A stretch of DNA of 56,618 nucleotides from a virus (IMGVR_UViG_3300023174_000199:1-56618); one strand, 5' to 3'; positions 45,027 to 55,146 are shown, counted from the first letter of the stretch. Notes: a model not told the origin generated them from the letters alone. Translations and numbers: made by a program.

Positions 45027-48000
45027 ATGCCAATTATAAGAACGTTTGCTAGAAATTCAGCAAGAGCAAAAGGCTTGGGCACTAATTCTAGTGTCTATAG
45101 AATTGTACCTTCCGTTACATCAGTTAATGAAGGTTCCGCGGTAACGTTCACAATTACCACACAGAATTTCGGTACTTTAGCATCTGACCCAAGTGTTGTT
45201 GGTTCATACACAACGCCAGGTTCTTATTCTTATACAGTCCCATCTGGTGTAACAAGTATGCAAGCTATTGCCATTGGCGGTGGCGGGGGAGGTAGTGCTG
45301 CTGGTTTAGATTCAGGGAATCCCGGTCAAGGTGGCGGCGGTGGTGGCGGTGCGTATAAAAATAATATACCTGTTACACAAGGTGACGTTTTTTCCATTAT
45401 TGTGGGCGCAGGAGGTGCTGGCGCAGCATCCAGTGGTGGTGCAGGTACATCAGGTGGTACAAGTTCTGTAACTCTGAATGGTTCAACAGTATTAGTACAA
45501 GCTAATGGTGGTCAAGCCGGTGGCTCATCAAATTATGTGCCTGCAGGTCAAGCTGTATTTACAACACCAGGTAATCAAACTTGGATAGCGCCTGCTGGTG
45601 TTACATCGGTATCAGTTGTTGCTGTGGGTGGTGGTGGTGCAGGTACTTCTTATATATTTAACGGGGGACCTGGTGGGGCGGGAGGTGCGCTTGTATATAA
45701 AAATAATATTACGGTTGTACCAGGACAAACATATCAGGTAGTTGTTGGTGCCCGTGGTACCATATCTGCTGATAATAATAGTACTACATTATCCGGTAAA
45801 GCTTCAAGCTTTACCGCTGCATTTGGAACAATGACTGCAGGCGGTGGCCTCGGTGGTGTTGGTGGTGGCGGTGCAGGGCAGCCAAGCGGTACATACGACG
45901 CAGGTTTTGCTGGTGGTACCGCAGGCGGTGGTGGTTACGGAGGGTGGCCAGGAGGAGGCGGTGGTGCAGCTGGCTATGCAGGTATTGGCGGCGCGGGCGG
46001 TGTAGGTAATGGTGCTATGGCAATGAATGGTCAGGGCGGCGGTGGAGGCGGTGGTGGTTGGGTTTCAGGTGGCGGAGGAGGCGGTGGTGTTGGTTTACTA
46101 GGTCAAGGCACAAGCGGTACCGGTCAAAACGGTGGTGGCAGTGGTGGTAGCGGCGGAGCCTCGGGTGGGACAATTGGAGGTGGTGGTGGTGAGGCTACCG
46201 GTGGTGCATACGGTGGTGGTGGCGCTGGTAACTTCAACGGCGGTGATGGTGGTACGTCAACAGGTAGTAATGGGGCCAACGGCGCAGTACGCATCATTTG
46301 GGCTGGTTCATCTGGTGTTACAAGAACATTCCCATCTACAAATACAACTGATATTATTGATAGCGTTGTAGCCTATGTACCTGCTGGTCAAGTAGCATAC
46401 ACAACGCCTGGTATAGTTAATTGGACATGCCCAACTGGTGTTACATCTGTTTCAGTTGTTGCCGTTGGCGGAGGCGGTACCGGTGGTACAGGAACAGGGG
46501 CTGGACCGTACCCTAACGGCGGTGGTGGCGGAGGCTTAGGTTGGAAGAATAATATTACCGTTGTACCCGGACAAACTTATCAAGTAGTTGTAGGTGCTGG
46601 TGGTGGCGGATCTCATTTTATTAATTCAAGTATTGTTGCAGGCTTAGGTGGTGGGCGCCCTACGGGTGGTGGATTTGTTGGTGATGGTGGTGGTAATGGT
46701 GGTAATAGTCACCCAGAAGATAATGGTAATGCAACATACGGTGTTTCCGGTGGTGGTGGAGGCGCTGGAGGATATACCGGCAACGGTGGTAACGCTGGTG
46801 CTTATAGCGATGCCGGTACATATAATACGAATGCTGAATTTACAGTGCTGCTTGCACCAACTGCAGGCTCAGGTGGAGGAGGGGGCGGTGGTGCAGTACT
46901 TGGTACTGGCTATACAAACGGTACAACAGGCGGTGGTGGTGTTGGTATATTAGGGCAGGGAGCCAATGGTGCTGCGGGTAGTTATACTCGTGGTGGTTTA
47001 GGTGGCTATCCTACAGGAACAGGTATCGCAGGCCGCGGAGGCTCAGGTGGTGCGGACGGTGCTGTGACAAATGGCTTCCCGGGGGCGAACGGAGGAAATT
47101 ACGGCGGTGGTGCTTCTTCTGGCTTTGGTGGTAATAATACTCAACCTGGAGCTCCTGGTACCGGTGCTGTCCGTATTATCTGGGCTGGTACATCAGGTGT
47201 AACTAGAGCATTCCCATCAACAAATACTCAAGACATTATTGATACGACCTCAGGCAGTTCAGCCGCAGGTGGTGCTGGTGTTATTGGTGATGTACTTGGC
47301 ATTGGTGGTAGAGGTGGCGCTGGAGATGGCAGTACTATTTTATCACGCGCAGGGTCGGGTTATTATTCCGGTGGTGGAGGTGGATACTATTCTGCAGGTA
47401 GTCCTCATTGGGGCGGATCTGGCGGTGGGGGATCTGGTTTAAATTACCCTCCCTCAGTATTTTCTACCGGTCAAAACGCACGTGGAGTGTATGATTTAAG
47501 TTCTGGGGTACAGACTGTTCCAGGTACTGGTATTAACGGTGGTTCAAGTGGCTCACAAGGCAGCCAGTCTTCTGGTGGCCCGTACAGCGGTACAAATAAT
47601 GGTGCTAACGGCGGCGCTGGTGGTGGTTACGGTGGCGGTGGCGGTGGGGGTAGCTATAACTCTGCCGGTGGCGCGGGATCAAACGGTGCCGTTCGGTTAA
47701 GCTCATTAGCGACCGTACCAACAGGTACCTTGTACTGGTCAACTATTTCTCAATCAGGTACAGTTAACGGAGCAGACTTTAGTGATTCAGCTATGTCCGG
47801 CTCAGTAACTATTAATAATAATCAAGGTACAATAACAAGAACTCTAGCAAATGATTTGACAACTGAGGGTGTTGAAACATTTGCTCTTCAACTTAGAACA
47901 GATTCTACAAGTGGAGCAATTGTAGCACAGAGTCCAGATATTTCTATTGGTGATACTTCAGGTACGATTACATATGCAATTGCACCTAGATCAGGTACAG

Positions 48001-49223
48001 TGAGTGAGGGAAGTTCTGTTATATTCGATGTTACAACAACCAATTTTGGTACAGGAACATTATACTGGTCAACAAATATAGTTTCAGGTACTGTTAATAC
48101 TTCAGACTTTACCGATAGTGTTTTAACTGGTACTGTAAGTATTTCAAATAACACCGGCACAATAACGAGAACATTAGTAAATGATACTTCAACAGAAGGT
48201 ACCGAGCAGTTTACACTTACATTAAGAACAGGGTCTACAAGTGGTGATCCACAGGCAACAAGTAGTACAGTAAGTATATCAGATACATCGGTTACACCTC
48301 CTCCGTACTATCCTCCATATTATGCGCCATACTATCCTCCATATTATGCGCCATATTATCCACCTGCACCATATTATCCTCCCGTCTATACACCCGGTAC
48401 TCAATCATACAGCCCGGGTTCGTATGGTTTTAGTGTCCCTTACGGTGTAACTTTCTTATATGTAGAAGTTATAGGTGGCGGTGGTGTTGGATCTCAAAAT
48501 GGCGGTGGAGGAGGCGGAGGCGGTGCACATGCGGTACAGCAATTCGTTGTATCGCAAGGTCAGTATGTATCTATTTCTGTCGGCGATGGCGCTCAAACAT
48601 ATGGTGTTTCAGCTGGGGCTACTTCTGTTACTGTATATGGGAATAATGGCGGTACTATAACAGCTGGTGCTGGCCAAAACGGTAGCTGGGTTGGCGGAGC
48701 AGGTGGTGCAGGTGGCGTCCCAAGTGGTAGTATGGCCCGCGGGTATTCAGGCGGTGCTGGGGGTACTGGAAACTACACTTACGCGGGCGGTGGCGGCGGT
48801 GGTGCTGCTGGTGGTAATGGTGCTGGTGGAGCAGGTGGTAGCGCAAATGGCGGTGCTGGCTCTAACGGTGAGGCTAGTGCAGGCGGTGGAGGTGGCGGTG
48901 GTTACTTCTCTTTCAGTCAAGGTTCAGCCGCAGCTAATCAGTCCGGCATGGGCGGTGGTGGAGGTGGTTCAGGGGCACTCTTGTTAGGTGGGGGAAACGC
49001 TGCAGGTACCGGTGGCAGCGGTGGTGGTTTTGGCGGTAACGCACCTCAAGGTGGCAGTGGTGGTGGCGGTGGCGCATCCGGTGGTGCAGGGTTTCATAAT
49101 GGGCAGACTTATACAACTTCTGGATCAGGTGGTAATTATGGTGGTGGTGGCGGATCAGCCGGTGGTAATGGCGGTGGTTATAGCTCAACTGCAGGCTCTG
49201 GTCTTGCTGTACTTAATTGGTAA
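45027..49223 (+). CDS. 1398-aa glycine-rich fibre/adhesin with two Calx-beta/Ig-like and four polyglycine modules
   Basis: Repeated TTPG..W..P.GVTSVSVVAVGGGG...GAVRIIW modules and EG...D..TEG.E.F Ig-like repeats. Confidence 0.75.
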   Translation: MPIIRTFARNSARAKGLGTNSSVYRIVPSVTSVNEGSAVTFTITTQNFGTLASDPSVVGSYTTPGSYSYTVPSGVTSMQAIAIGGGGGGSAAGLDSGNPGQGGGGGGGAYKNNIPVTQGDVFSIIVGAGGAGAASSGGAGTSGGTSSVTLNGSTVLVQANGGQAGGSSNYVPAGQAVFTTPGNQTWIAPAGVTSVSVVAVGGGGAGTSYIFNGGPGGAGGALVYKNNITVVPGQTYQVVVGARGTISADNNSTTLSGKASSFTAAFGTMTAGGGLGGVGGGGAGQPSGTYDAGFAGGTAGGGGYGGWPGGGGGAAGYAGIGGAGGVGNGAMAMNGQGGGGGGGGWVSGGGGGGGVGLLGQGTSGTGQNGGGSGGSGGASGGTIGGGGGEATGGAYGGGGAGNFNGGDGGTSTGSNGANGAVRIIWAGSSGVTRTFPSTNTTDIIDSVVAYVPAGQVAYTTPGIVNWTCPTGVTSVSVVAVGGGGTGGTGTGAGPYPNGGGGGGLGWKNNITVVPGQTYQVVVGAGGGGSHFINSSIVAGLGGGRPTGGGFVGDGGGNGGNSHPEDNGNATYGVSGGGGGAGGYTGNGGNAGAYSDAGTYNTNAEFTVLLAPTAGSGGGGGGGAVLGTGYTNGTTGGGGVGILGQGANGAAGSYTRGGLGGYPTGTGIAGRGGSGGADGAVTNGFPGANGGNYGGGASSGFGGNNTQPGAPGTGAVRIIWAGTSGVTRAFPSTNTQDIIDTTSGSSAAGGAGVIGDVLGIGGRGGAGDGSTILSRAGSGYYSGGGGGYYSAGSPHWGGSGGGGSGLNYPPSVFSTGQNARGVYDLSSGVQTVPGTGINGGSSGSQGSQSSGGPYSGTNNGANGGAGGGYGGGGGGGSYNSAGGAGSNGAVRLSSLATVPTGTLYWSTISQSGTVNGADFSDSAMSGSVTINNNQGTITRTLANDLTTEGVETFALQLRTDSTSGAIVAQSPDISIGDTSGTITYAIAPRSGTVSEGSSVIFDVTTTNFGTGTLYWSTNIVSGTVNTSDFTDSVLTGTVSISNNTGTITRTLVNDTSTEGTEQFTLTLRTGSTSGDPQATSSTVSISDTSVTPPPYYPPYYAPYYPPYYAPYYPPAPYYPPVYTPGTQSYSPGSYGFSVPYGVTFLYVEVIGGGGVGSQNGGGGGGGGAHAVQQFVVSQGQYVSISVGDGAQTYGVSAGATSVTVYGNNGGTITAGAGQNGSWVGGAGGAGGVPSGSMARGYSGGAGGTGNYTYAGGGGGGAAGGNGAGGAGGSANGGAGSNGEASAGGGGGGGYFSFSQGSAAANQSGMGGGGGGSGALLLGGGNAAGTGGSGGGFGGNAPQGGSGGGGGASGGAGFHNGQTYTTSGSGGNYGGGGGSAGGNGGGYSSTAGSGLAVLNW
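48296..48389 (+). repeat. Pro/Tyr tandem repeat linker
   Basis: PPPYYPPYYAPYYPPYYAPYYPPAPYYPPVY; exact 24-bp duplication TACTATCCTCCATATTATGCGCCA. Confidence 0.85.
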
Positions 49224-49236
49224 TAAGTATCTCAGG

Positions 49237-49244
49237 TATAAATA
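49237..49244 (+). promoter_or_regulatory. T4-type late promoter
   Basis: TATAAATA in an intergenic position. Confidence 0.8.
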
Positions 49245-49267
49245 TTGTAAATAGACTAGGAACATAA

Positions 49268-49804
49268 ATGGCTTATATCGGTAGATCCCCTGCTTTCGGG
49301 GCATTTCAAACACAAACTCTGACACCTAACGGTTCGGCGGTTACCTTTACTTTACAATACCCAGCACCCTCGCCATCTTCAATATTGGTTTCGGTTAACG
49401 GGGTATTGCAGCAACCCGTTTCGGCATATACGCTGCAAGGTGGTGGATCTCAAATTGTCTTCACGGAGGCAATTGAAGTCGGCGCTCAGGTTTTTATTAT
49501 TTTCCTTGGAGAAAAATATACTGTTGCAACGCTAGGTAATAGTAGTGTTACGGAGGCCATGATTGTCGATCGTACTATTACATCTACTAAATTATCAAAC
49601 ACCGGGGTCGTGCTAGGTACGTACGGTTTAACAGCAAATTCAAAAATAACTATCAGCGTAGATAGCGCCGGTCGTGTCTTAAACGCTGCAACGGTTGGTA
49701 TTGATAACGTACCACAAGCAAACGTCACGAATTTAACAACAACTTTAGCTACAAAAGCATCGACCGGTAAAGCTATTGCCATGTCGCTGGTATTCGGAGG
49801 ATAA
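49268..49804 (+). CDS. Fibre adaptor-like virion protein
   Basis: MAYIG start, VSVNGVLQQP..AY domain, KAIAMSLVFGG end. Confidence 0.65.
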   Translation: MAYIGRSPAFGAFQTQTLTPNGSAVTFTLQYPAPSPSSILVSVNGVLQQPVSAYTLQGGGSQIVFTEAIEVGAQVFIIFLGEKYTVATLGNSSVTEAMIVDRTITSTKLSNTGVVLGTYGLTANSKITISVDSAGRVLNAATVGIDNVPQANVTNLTTTLATKASTGKAIAMSLVFGG

Positions 49805-49807
49805 AAA

Positions 49808-50182
49808 ATGGCTGCACCAAATATTGTCAACACAGGTAACATTTTCGGTAGAACATACGGTAACGTATTAACTACCAGTAACTATGTACAGGTATCAAAT
49901 CCTGCTGCTAGTGGAAATGTAATTAAAATTAACTCAATTATGATCTCTAACGTTTACGCCGGTGGCGCTGCAAACGCAAGTATCGAATTGAATGCTTCTG
50001 CAACAGGCGCCGGGCAAGCAACAAGACTTGCATCTGCGGTCTCTATTCCTGCCCAGGCTGCTCTTATCTTAATCGATAAGTCCACCTCGTTCTATCTCGA
50101 AGAAAATACTTCCATCAAAGGATTCGCAAGTTCTAACTCTAATTGTGAGATTATGATTTCGTACGAAGTTATTAGCCTGTAA
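49808..50182 (+). CDS. Small beta-rich virion protein
   Basis: MAAPNIVN...YLEEN...SYEVI. Confidence 0.65.
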   Translation: MAAPNIVNTGNIFGRTYGNVLTTSNYVQVSNPAASGNVIKINSIMISNVYAGGAANASIELNASATGAGQATRLASAVSIPAQAALILIDKSTSFYLEENTSIKGFASSNSNCEIMISYEVISL

Positions 50183-50194
50183 GGTTGGAATCTA

Positions 50195-52810
50195 ATGAGT
50201 AAGAGATACAAAGGCGGTATACTATCCGCTACAGGAGCCGTATCACCGGGCGGTGCAAGAAACCCTGGTGTATGGACACTTGATCAACAGCTAGAAGAAA
50301 TTTACAACAGTGCTTGGCCAGGTTCAGGTGCTGTCGGTGAGATTTCGTTTGTTACCCCAGGTACGTATACTTGGGTTGCACCCGTAGGTGTGTACTCGGT
50401 ATCTGCTGTTGCAGTTGGGGGAGCAAGCACAAGCTCGTGGGATTCTGGATACGGGTATGCAAGTGGAGGTGGAGGGTTAGGGTGGAAAAATAATATTCCT
50501 GTTATACCTGGTAATTCTTATACTGTCGTTGTTGGACCAGGTACAAATAATAGAATGCTTGCACCAAGTTCAAGAGATTCGTATTTTATAAGTACCTCTG
50601 TCGTTGCTGGGCTCGGTGGGGCGAGTGGAGAATCACCCCAAAACGGAATTGGTGGTAATTTTGTAGGTGATGGCGGCGGTCGCGGGGGTAATGGAGGACA
50701 ACATTCACCTAACTCGTGGTCAGCTGCTGGCGGCGCCGGGGGTTATTCCGGTAATGGCGGAAACGGAGCAAATGCAGGTGCAGGCGCAGGTCAGAGTGGA
50801 TCAGGTGGCGGTGGTGGTGGTGGGGGAACGTTTGGATCGTTTCCCAATGCGCTAGGTTTTGGTGGAGGTGGTGTTGGTATATTAGGCCAGGGTGCTAATG
50901 GTTTAGGCGGCTCTTCTGGGTCCGAACCTGTAGGGGGTGGTGGTTCAGGTGGGGCAAATGGTAGCAGTACTTCTGGGGGACTGTATGGTGGCGGTGGTTC
51001 AATAAGCGGTTCTGGTGGTAGTGGTGCTGTTCGTCTTATTTGGTCAACTAATCAAACAGTTACGCGAACATTCCCCTCTACAAATACTGGTGTTCTTTCC
51101 AATGCATCCACAGCAACTGGCTTAGGTCAAGTCGATTTTACAACTCCAGGTTCACATACATGGATAGCGCCTACAGGTATAACGAATATTTCTGTTGTTG
51201 CAATTGGCGGTGGCGGAGGTGGTTCTGTTGGTTTAGGTAACGGGTCTGATGGTTTGAAACAGACCGGTGGTGGTGGTGGTGGGTTACGGTATGTAAATAA
51301 TATTACTGTGGTACCAGGACAATCATACCCAGTTATCGTCGGTGCGGGTGGTGCTGGTGGTACAAACAGTACACCTAACGGTAGTAATGGAGGGAATAGT
51401 TCATTTAATACCAGTGTTCTTATTGCCACAGGCGGAGGCGGTGGTACGCTTGGTACCTCTGGTGCAAGTCCAGGGGTAGGTGGTGCTGGTGGTTCAGGCT
51501 CAGGTACAAACTCTGCTGGTGGTACCGGTGGTGCCGGTGGTACAGGTGGATCGGTTGACTTTGCAGGCTGTGGCGGTGGTGCTGGTGGTTATTCCGGTAA
51601 TGGTGGGGCTGGTGGTTATAGCCCTGTGGGTGCACCGGACCCTGCTTTTAATAATGGCGCAGCTGGGACCGGTGGTGGAGGCGGCGGGGGATATGGGTAC
51701 GGTAACAGTAGCGGTGGCGCTGGCGGCGGTGGGGTTGGCTTACTCGGCCAGGGTGCTAATGGTGCAGGTGGCTACGGGCCTAGTATTTCATTCCAATATA
51801 ATGCCGGTCAAGGTGGATCAGGTGGTAGTTCTGGGTTGCCTACAAGCGGTAGCTATGGAATGAACGGTGGTAACGGTGGTAACTATGGTGGTGGTGGTGG
51901 TAGTGCAAGGTATGGTGGTCTATACTATGGTACTGCTGGTACGGGTGGTGGTGGCGCAGTTCGCATTATTTACGCATCAGATAACACGGTCACAAGAACG
52001 TATCCTTCTACTAACACCGATAATTTAAATAACGCAATTCCAGCCGGTCAAAGAGAATATACAACTCCTGGTACGTATTCCTGGGAAGCTCCTACCGGGG
52101 TAACATCAGTTGCTGTTGTTGCTATAGGTGGTGGAGGTTCAGGTGGTAGTGATAATAGCGGTGGTGGTGGTGGTGGTTTAGGTTGGAAAAATAACATTGC
52201 GGTTACACCAGGTTCTACCTATACAGTCGTTGTGGGTGCCGCTGGTCAAGCTAGTGCCGGTGGAGACTCATATTTTATATCGACAACTACAGTTAAAGGT
52301 GGTGGAGGTGCTGGCACGAGTGGATCCTATTTCGGAGGTTCCTATACAGGTGACGGCGGCGGTAGTGGAGGAAGCGGAGGATCTGTAGCGAGCGGTAGGG
52401 CATCTGGTGGCGGCGGCGCAGGTGGCTATTCAAGTAACGGGGGTGTTGGTGGTGCAGGTGGCTCGCGCTGGGGTGTAGGTGCTAATGGTTCAGGTGGCGG
52501 TGGTGGAGGTGGTGCTGGTGCTGACTGGGAAGGTGGTGCTGGTGGGGGTACCGGTCTATTAGGACAGGGTGCTGATGGGTTAGGTGCAACATCAGGGCAA
52601 GCTCCATTCTCACTCGGCTATGGCTTTACAGGTCAAGGAGGATCTGGAGGGCTTCCTGCTACTAATACAGCAGTACCCAATAATGGTTATGGTGGAGGTG
52701 ATGGAGGGGGTAACGGTGTTGGTGCTGGTACGGGTGCTGTTCGAATTATCTGGGCTGGTGGTACGGGTTTAATTAGATCATATCCTGCAACTAATACCGG
52801 TGATCTATAA
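50195..52810 (+). CDS. Glycine-rich adhesin-like protein, three tandem modules
   Basis: Three TTPG...GAVR(L/I)I..TR..P.TNT modules. Confidence 0.75.
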   Translation: MSKRYKGGILSATGAVSPGGARNPGVWTLDQQLEEIYNSAWPGSGAVGEISFVTPGTYTWVAPVGVYSVSAVAVGGASTSSWDSGYGYASGGGGLGWKNNIPVIPGNSYTVVVGPGTNNRMLAPSSRDSYFISTSVVAGLGGASGESPQNGIGGNFVGDGGGRGGNGGQHSPNSWSAAGGAGGYSGNGGNGANAGAGAGQSGSGGGGGGGGTFGSFPNALGFGGGGVGILGQGANGLGGSSGSEPVGGGGSGGANGSSTSGGLYGGGGSISGSGGSGAVRLIWSTNQTVTRTFPSTNTGVLSNASTATGLGQVDFTTPGSHTWIAPTGITNISVVAIGGGGGGSVGLGNGSDGLKQTGGGGGGLRYVNNITVVPGQSYPVIVGAGGAGGTNSTPNGSNGGNSSFNTSVLIATGGGGGTLGTSGASPGVGGAGGSGSGTNSAGGTGGAGGTGGSVDFAGCGGGAGGYSGNGGAGGYSPVGAPDPAFNNGAAGTGGGGGGGYGYGNSSGGAGGGGVGLLGQGANGAGGYGPSISFQYNAGQGGSGGSSGLPTSGSYGMNGGNGGNYGGGGGSARYGGLYYGTAGTGGGGAVRIIYASDNTVTRTYPSTNTDNLNNAIPAGQREYTTPGTYSWEAPTGVTSVAVVAIGGGGSGGSDNSGGGGGGLGWKNNIAVTPGSTYTVVVGAAGQASAGGDSYFISTTTVKGGGGAGTSGSYFGGSYTGDGGGSGGSGGSVASGRASGGGGAGGYSSNGGVGGAGGSRWGVGANGSGGGGGGGAGADWEGGAGGGTGLLGQGADGLGATSGQAPFSLGYGFTGQGGSGGLPATNTAVPNNGYGGGDGGGNGVGAGTGAVRIIWAGGTGLIRSYPATNTGDL

Positions 52811-52813
52811 ATA
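52806..52813 (+). promoter_or_regulatory. T4-type late promoter
   Basis: TATAAATA overlapping the stop codon. Confidence 0.75.
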
Positions 52814-52830
52814 TTTTATTAGGAGAAAAC

Positions 52831-53283
52831 ATGAGAGAATTTTTTATACAAATTAAAGACGGACAGCCATTTGAGCACCCGCTTGGTAGAACTAACATGC
52901 AGCATTTATTTCCGCAGCATGACTTAGATGTTACTGTACCAGATAACTTTGCGGTATTTCATAGAATACAAAGACCGCTACACACTAACCCCTATCAAAA
53001 GTCGATAGGACCGGTATATACATTTAATGATGCCGGTGAAGTGTATGATAAATGGGAACTCCTCGAGATGACTCCCGATGAAAAAGATGAAAAACAGAAC
53101 GCTGTTAAGGGTAACTGGGGTGGGCCTGCGTCGTGGATATTTGACGAAGAGATATGTCAAATGAAGCCACCAAAACCTTATCCAGGTAATATCGATGGTA
53201 CTCCTCCATACTATAAATGGAATGAAGAGACCCAGGATTGGGAAATGATAGAGTCTCTGCTACCCCCTATAAATAATACCTAA
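52831..53283 (+). CDS. Putative fibre assembly/chaperone-like protein
   Basis: W.FDEE.C...PP.PYP...Y.WNEE...W C-terminus; sits between fibre genes. Confidence 0.5.
   Translation: MREFFIQIKDGQPFEHPLGRTNMQHLFPQHDLDVTVPDNFAVFHRIQRPLHTNPYQKSIGPVYTFNDAGEVYDKWELLEMTPDEKDEKQNAVKGNWGGPASWIFDEEICQMKPPKPYPGNIDGTPPYYKWNEETQDWEMIESLLPPINNT
53268..53275 (+). promoter_or_regulatory. T4-type late promoter
   Basis: TATAAATA 23 nt before ATG 53299. Confidence 0.75.
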
Positions 53284-53298
53284 TAGTACAGGAATAAC

Positions 53299-55146
53299 AT
53301 GCGTTACGCTGGCGGGTTTGTTACAAAATACGGGGTTGATCCTACGAGCAAATCCTCGTCTGCCCGCGCCAGTGGGATATGGCATTTGTCCGATATAACT
53401 AAGTATCAAGCTACAAACTCGTGGCCAACAGCCGGGTTTTACCCAGCTGGTGAGACGATTTATACTACAGCTGGTTCTTATACCTTTGTAGTACCAGAAG
53501 GCGTTACTCAGGTATCTGTAGTATGTGTTGGACCTGGTCACTCTAGTACAAGCGGGACAGACACTGGCAATTCTTCTTTTGGTTCTTATGTAATTGCAGA
53601 GGGTGGCGGCAAAATTGCTAACGGTGGGAAGAGTGCAGCTGGTTTATTCTATACTACCGGTACAAGAAGCGGTACAGCGTTTTCAGGCGGTGGTTCAGGT
53701 GGTCATGGTGGTGTTGGTGGTGCTAATTATGGCGCCGGGGGCGGGGGCGCTGGGGGCTATTCTGGTGCCGGTGGTAACGCTGATGATCCGGGGCTAGGCG
53801 GAGGCGGAGGCGGAGGTGCAGGCGCAGGCGCTGACTCAGGTTGGTACGGGTCTGGGGGAGGTGGAGTTGGTTTATTTGGTCAAGGTACCAGCGGTCCAAG
53901 ACCAACGTTAAATTCTGGTTATGCAACCCACGGTGGTCCAGGTAGACCTGGTTCAGGTGGCGGTGAGGGTACGAGTTCTCAAACTTCTGGCGCTGGTGGT
54001 GACTATGGTGGTGGTGCTGGTGCTTATACAGGGGGCGGTGGTGCCGGTGGCGCATTAGTTTATGGTAATAATATTGCTGTAACCCCCGGTCAAACAATAA
54101 CGGTAGTTGTAGGCGCATCCGATCAGCCAAAAACATCATTCCCTGCCACCGGGGGTGGTAATGGCGCTGTTCGCGTTGTTTGGGCAAGAGCATCGGCAGG
54201 AATTACAAGATCGTTTCCTTATACAAACGTAGGTGAACTGTCTGGCGATAGTCCAACGTTTTCACCTACGATTAGTGTCCCGGCAGGTCAAATAGAATTT
54301 ACAACACCCGGTACATTTTCCTGGGTAGCTCCAACCGGTGTAACAACAGTATCCGTTGTTGCTGTTGGTGGTGGAGCGGGTGGGTACGGTAGTTCTGGTG
54401 GTGCGGGCGGTGAACTTCGTTACATTAATAACGTCTCTGTAACACCTGGTCAATCTTATGAGGTTAAAGTTGGTGGTGGAGGTCGTCACTTTGTAACGGA
54501 TGATCAGGATAAAGGTAATGCTTCTTCCTTTAGTTCTGTTATACAGGCTAATGGTGGAGGGATACCTTATGACTATCCAAATAATCCTGATTTTACTAAC
54601 AATTCTAAAAGAACGGCTGGGTTCGGTGGCACAGGCTTCCTGGGTGGTTTAGGAGGCGCTGGGTCAGGCGCTTTTGGCGGTGGTGGAGGCGGGGCCGGTG
54701 GTTACTCCGGTGTAGGTGGTAACGGCACTAACGGTAGTGCGGGTAATGCAACCGCCGGTCAAGGTGGTGCGGGTGGTGGAGGTGGTTATACAGGTACTAG
54801 TTATCAATCTGGAATAAACAGCGGATCAATACAAGGTTCGGGCGGTGGTGTAGGGCTGCTAGGTGAAGGAGCAAGCGGAGCAGCTGGTAGTAATTTTATA
54901 AATGGTCAAAACCTTACATCAGCGCTTAACGGTGGTGGTGGATCCGGAGGAGCAAGATCAACAAGGTATCCACCTACACAAATTGATAATACAACACAAG
55001 CGGATATGACATACGGTGGCGGAGGCGGTGCAGGCGGTAATGGTAATGTTTCGAACTCTGGTGCTAGTGGTGCAGTTCGTATAATTTGGGCAGGCACTTC
55101 CGGTATTACACGAGCGTATCCTTCGACTAATACCGGTAATCTATAA
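53299..55146 (+). CDS. Glycine-rich adhesin-like protein, two tandem modules
   Basis: Paralogous to 50195..52810, including the N-terminal RY.GG...G.W.L....WP motif. Confidence 0.75.
   Translation: MRYAGGFVTKYGVDPTSKSSSARASGIWHLSDITKYQATNSWPTAGFYPAGETIYTTAGSYTFVVPEGVTQVSVVCVGPGHSSTSGTDTGNSSFGSYVIAEGGGKIANGGKSAAGLFYTTGTRSGTAFSGGGSGGHGGVGGANYGAGGGGAGGYSGAGGNADDPGLGGGGGGGAGAGADSGWYGSGGGGVGLFGQGTSGPRPTLNSGYATHGGPGRPGSGGGEGTSSQTSGAGGDYGGGAGAYTGGGGAGGALVYGNNIAVTPGQTITVVVGASDQPKTSFPATGGGNGAVRVVWARASAGITRSFPYTNVGELSGDSPTFSPTISVPAGQIEFTTPGTFSWVAPTGVTTVSVVAVGGGAGGYGSSGGAGGELRYINNVSVTPGQSYEVKVGGGGRHFVTDDQDKGNASSFSSVIQANGGGIPYDYPNNPDFTNNSKRTAGFGGTGFLGGLGGAGSGAFGGGGGGAGGYSGVGGNGTNGSAGNATAGQGGAGGGGGYTGTSYQSGINSGSIQGSGGGVGLLGEGASGAAGSNFINGQNLTSALNGGGGSGGARSTRYPPTQIDNTTQADMTYGGGGGAGGNGNVSNSGASGAVRIIWAGTSGITRAYPSTNTGNL

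Noticed and set aside
45027-55146. G-rich region as a foreign island, DGR target or CRISPR-like repeat, plus many overlapping alternative-frame ORFs
   Set aside because: Composition follows from GGN glycine codons. Repeats are protein-level and diverged at synonymous sites. No reverse transcriptase or adenine-specific template/variable pair was seen. The alternative ORFs are shadows of low-complexity coding sequence.
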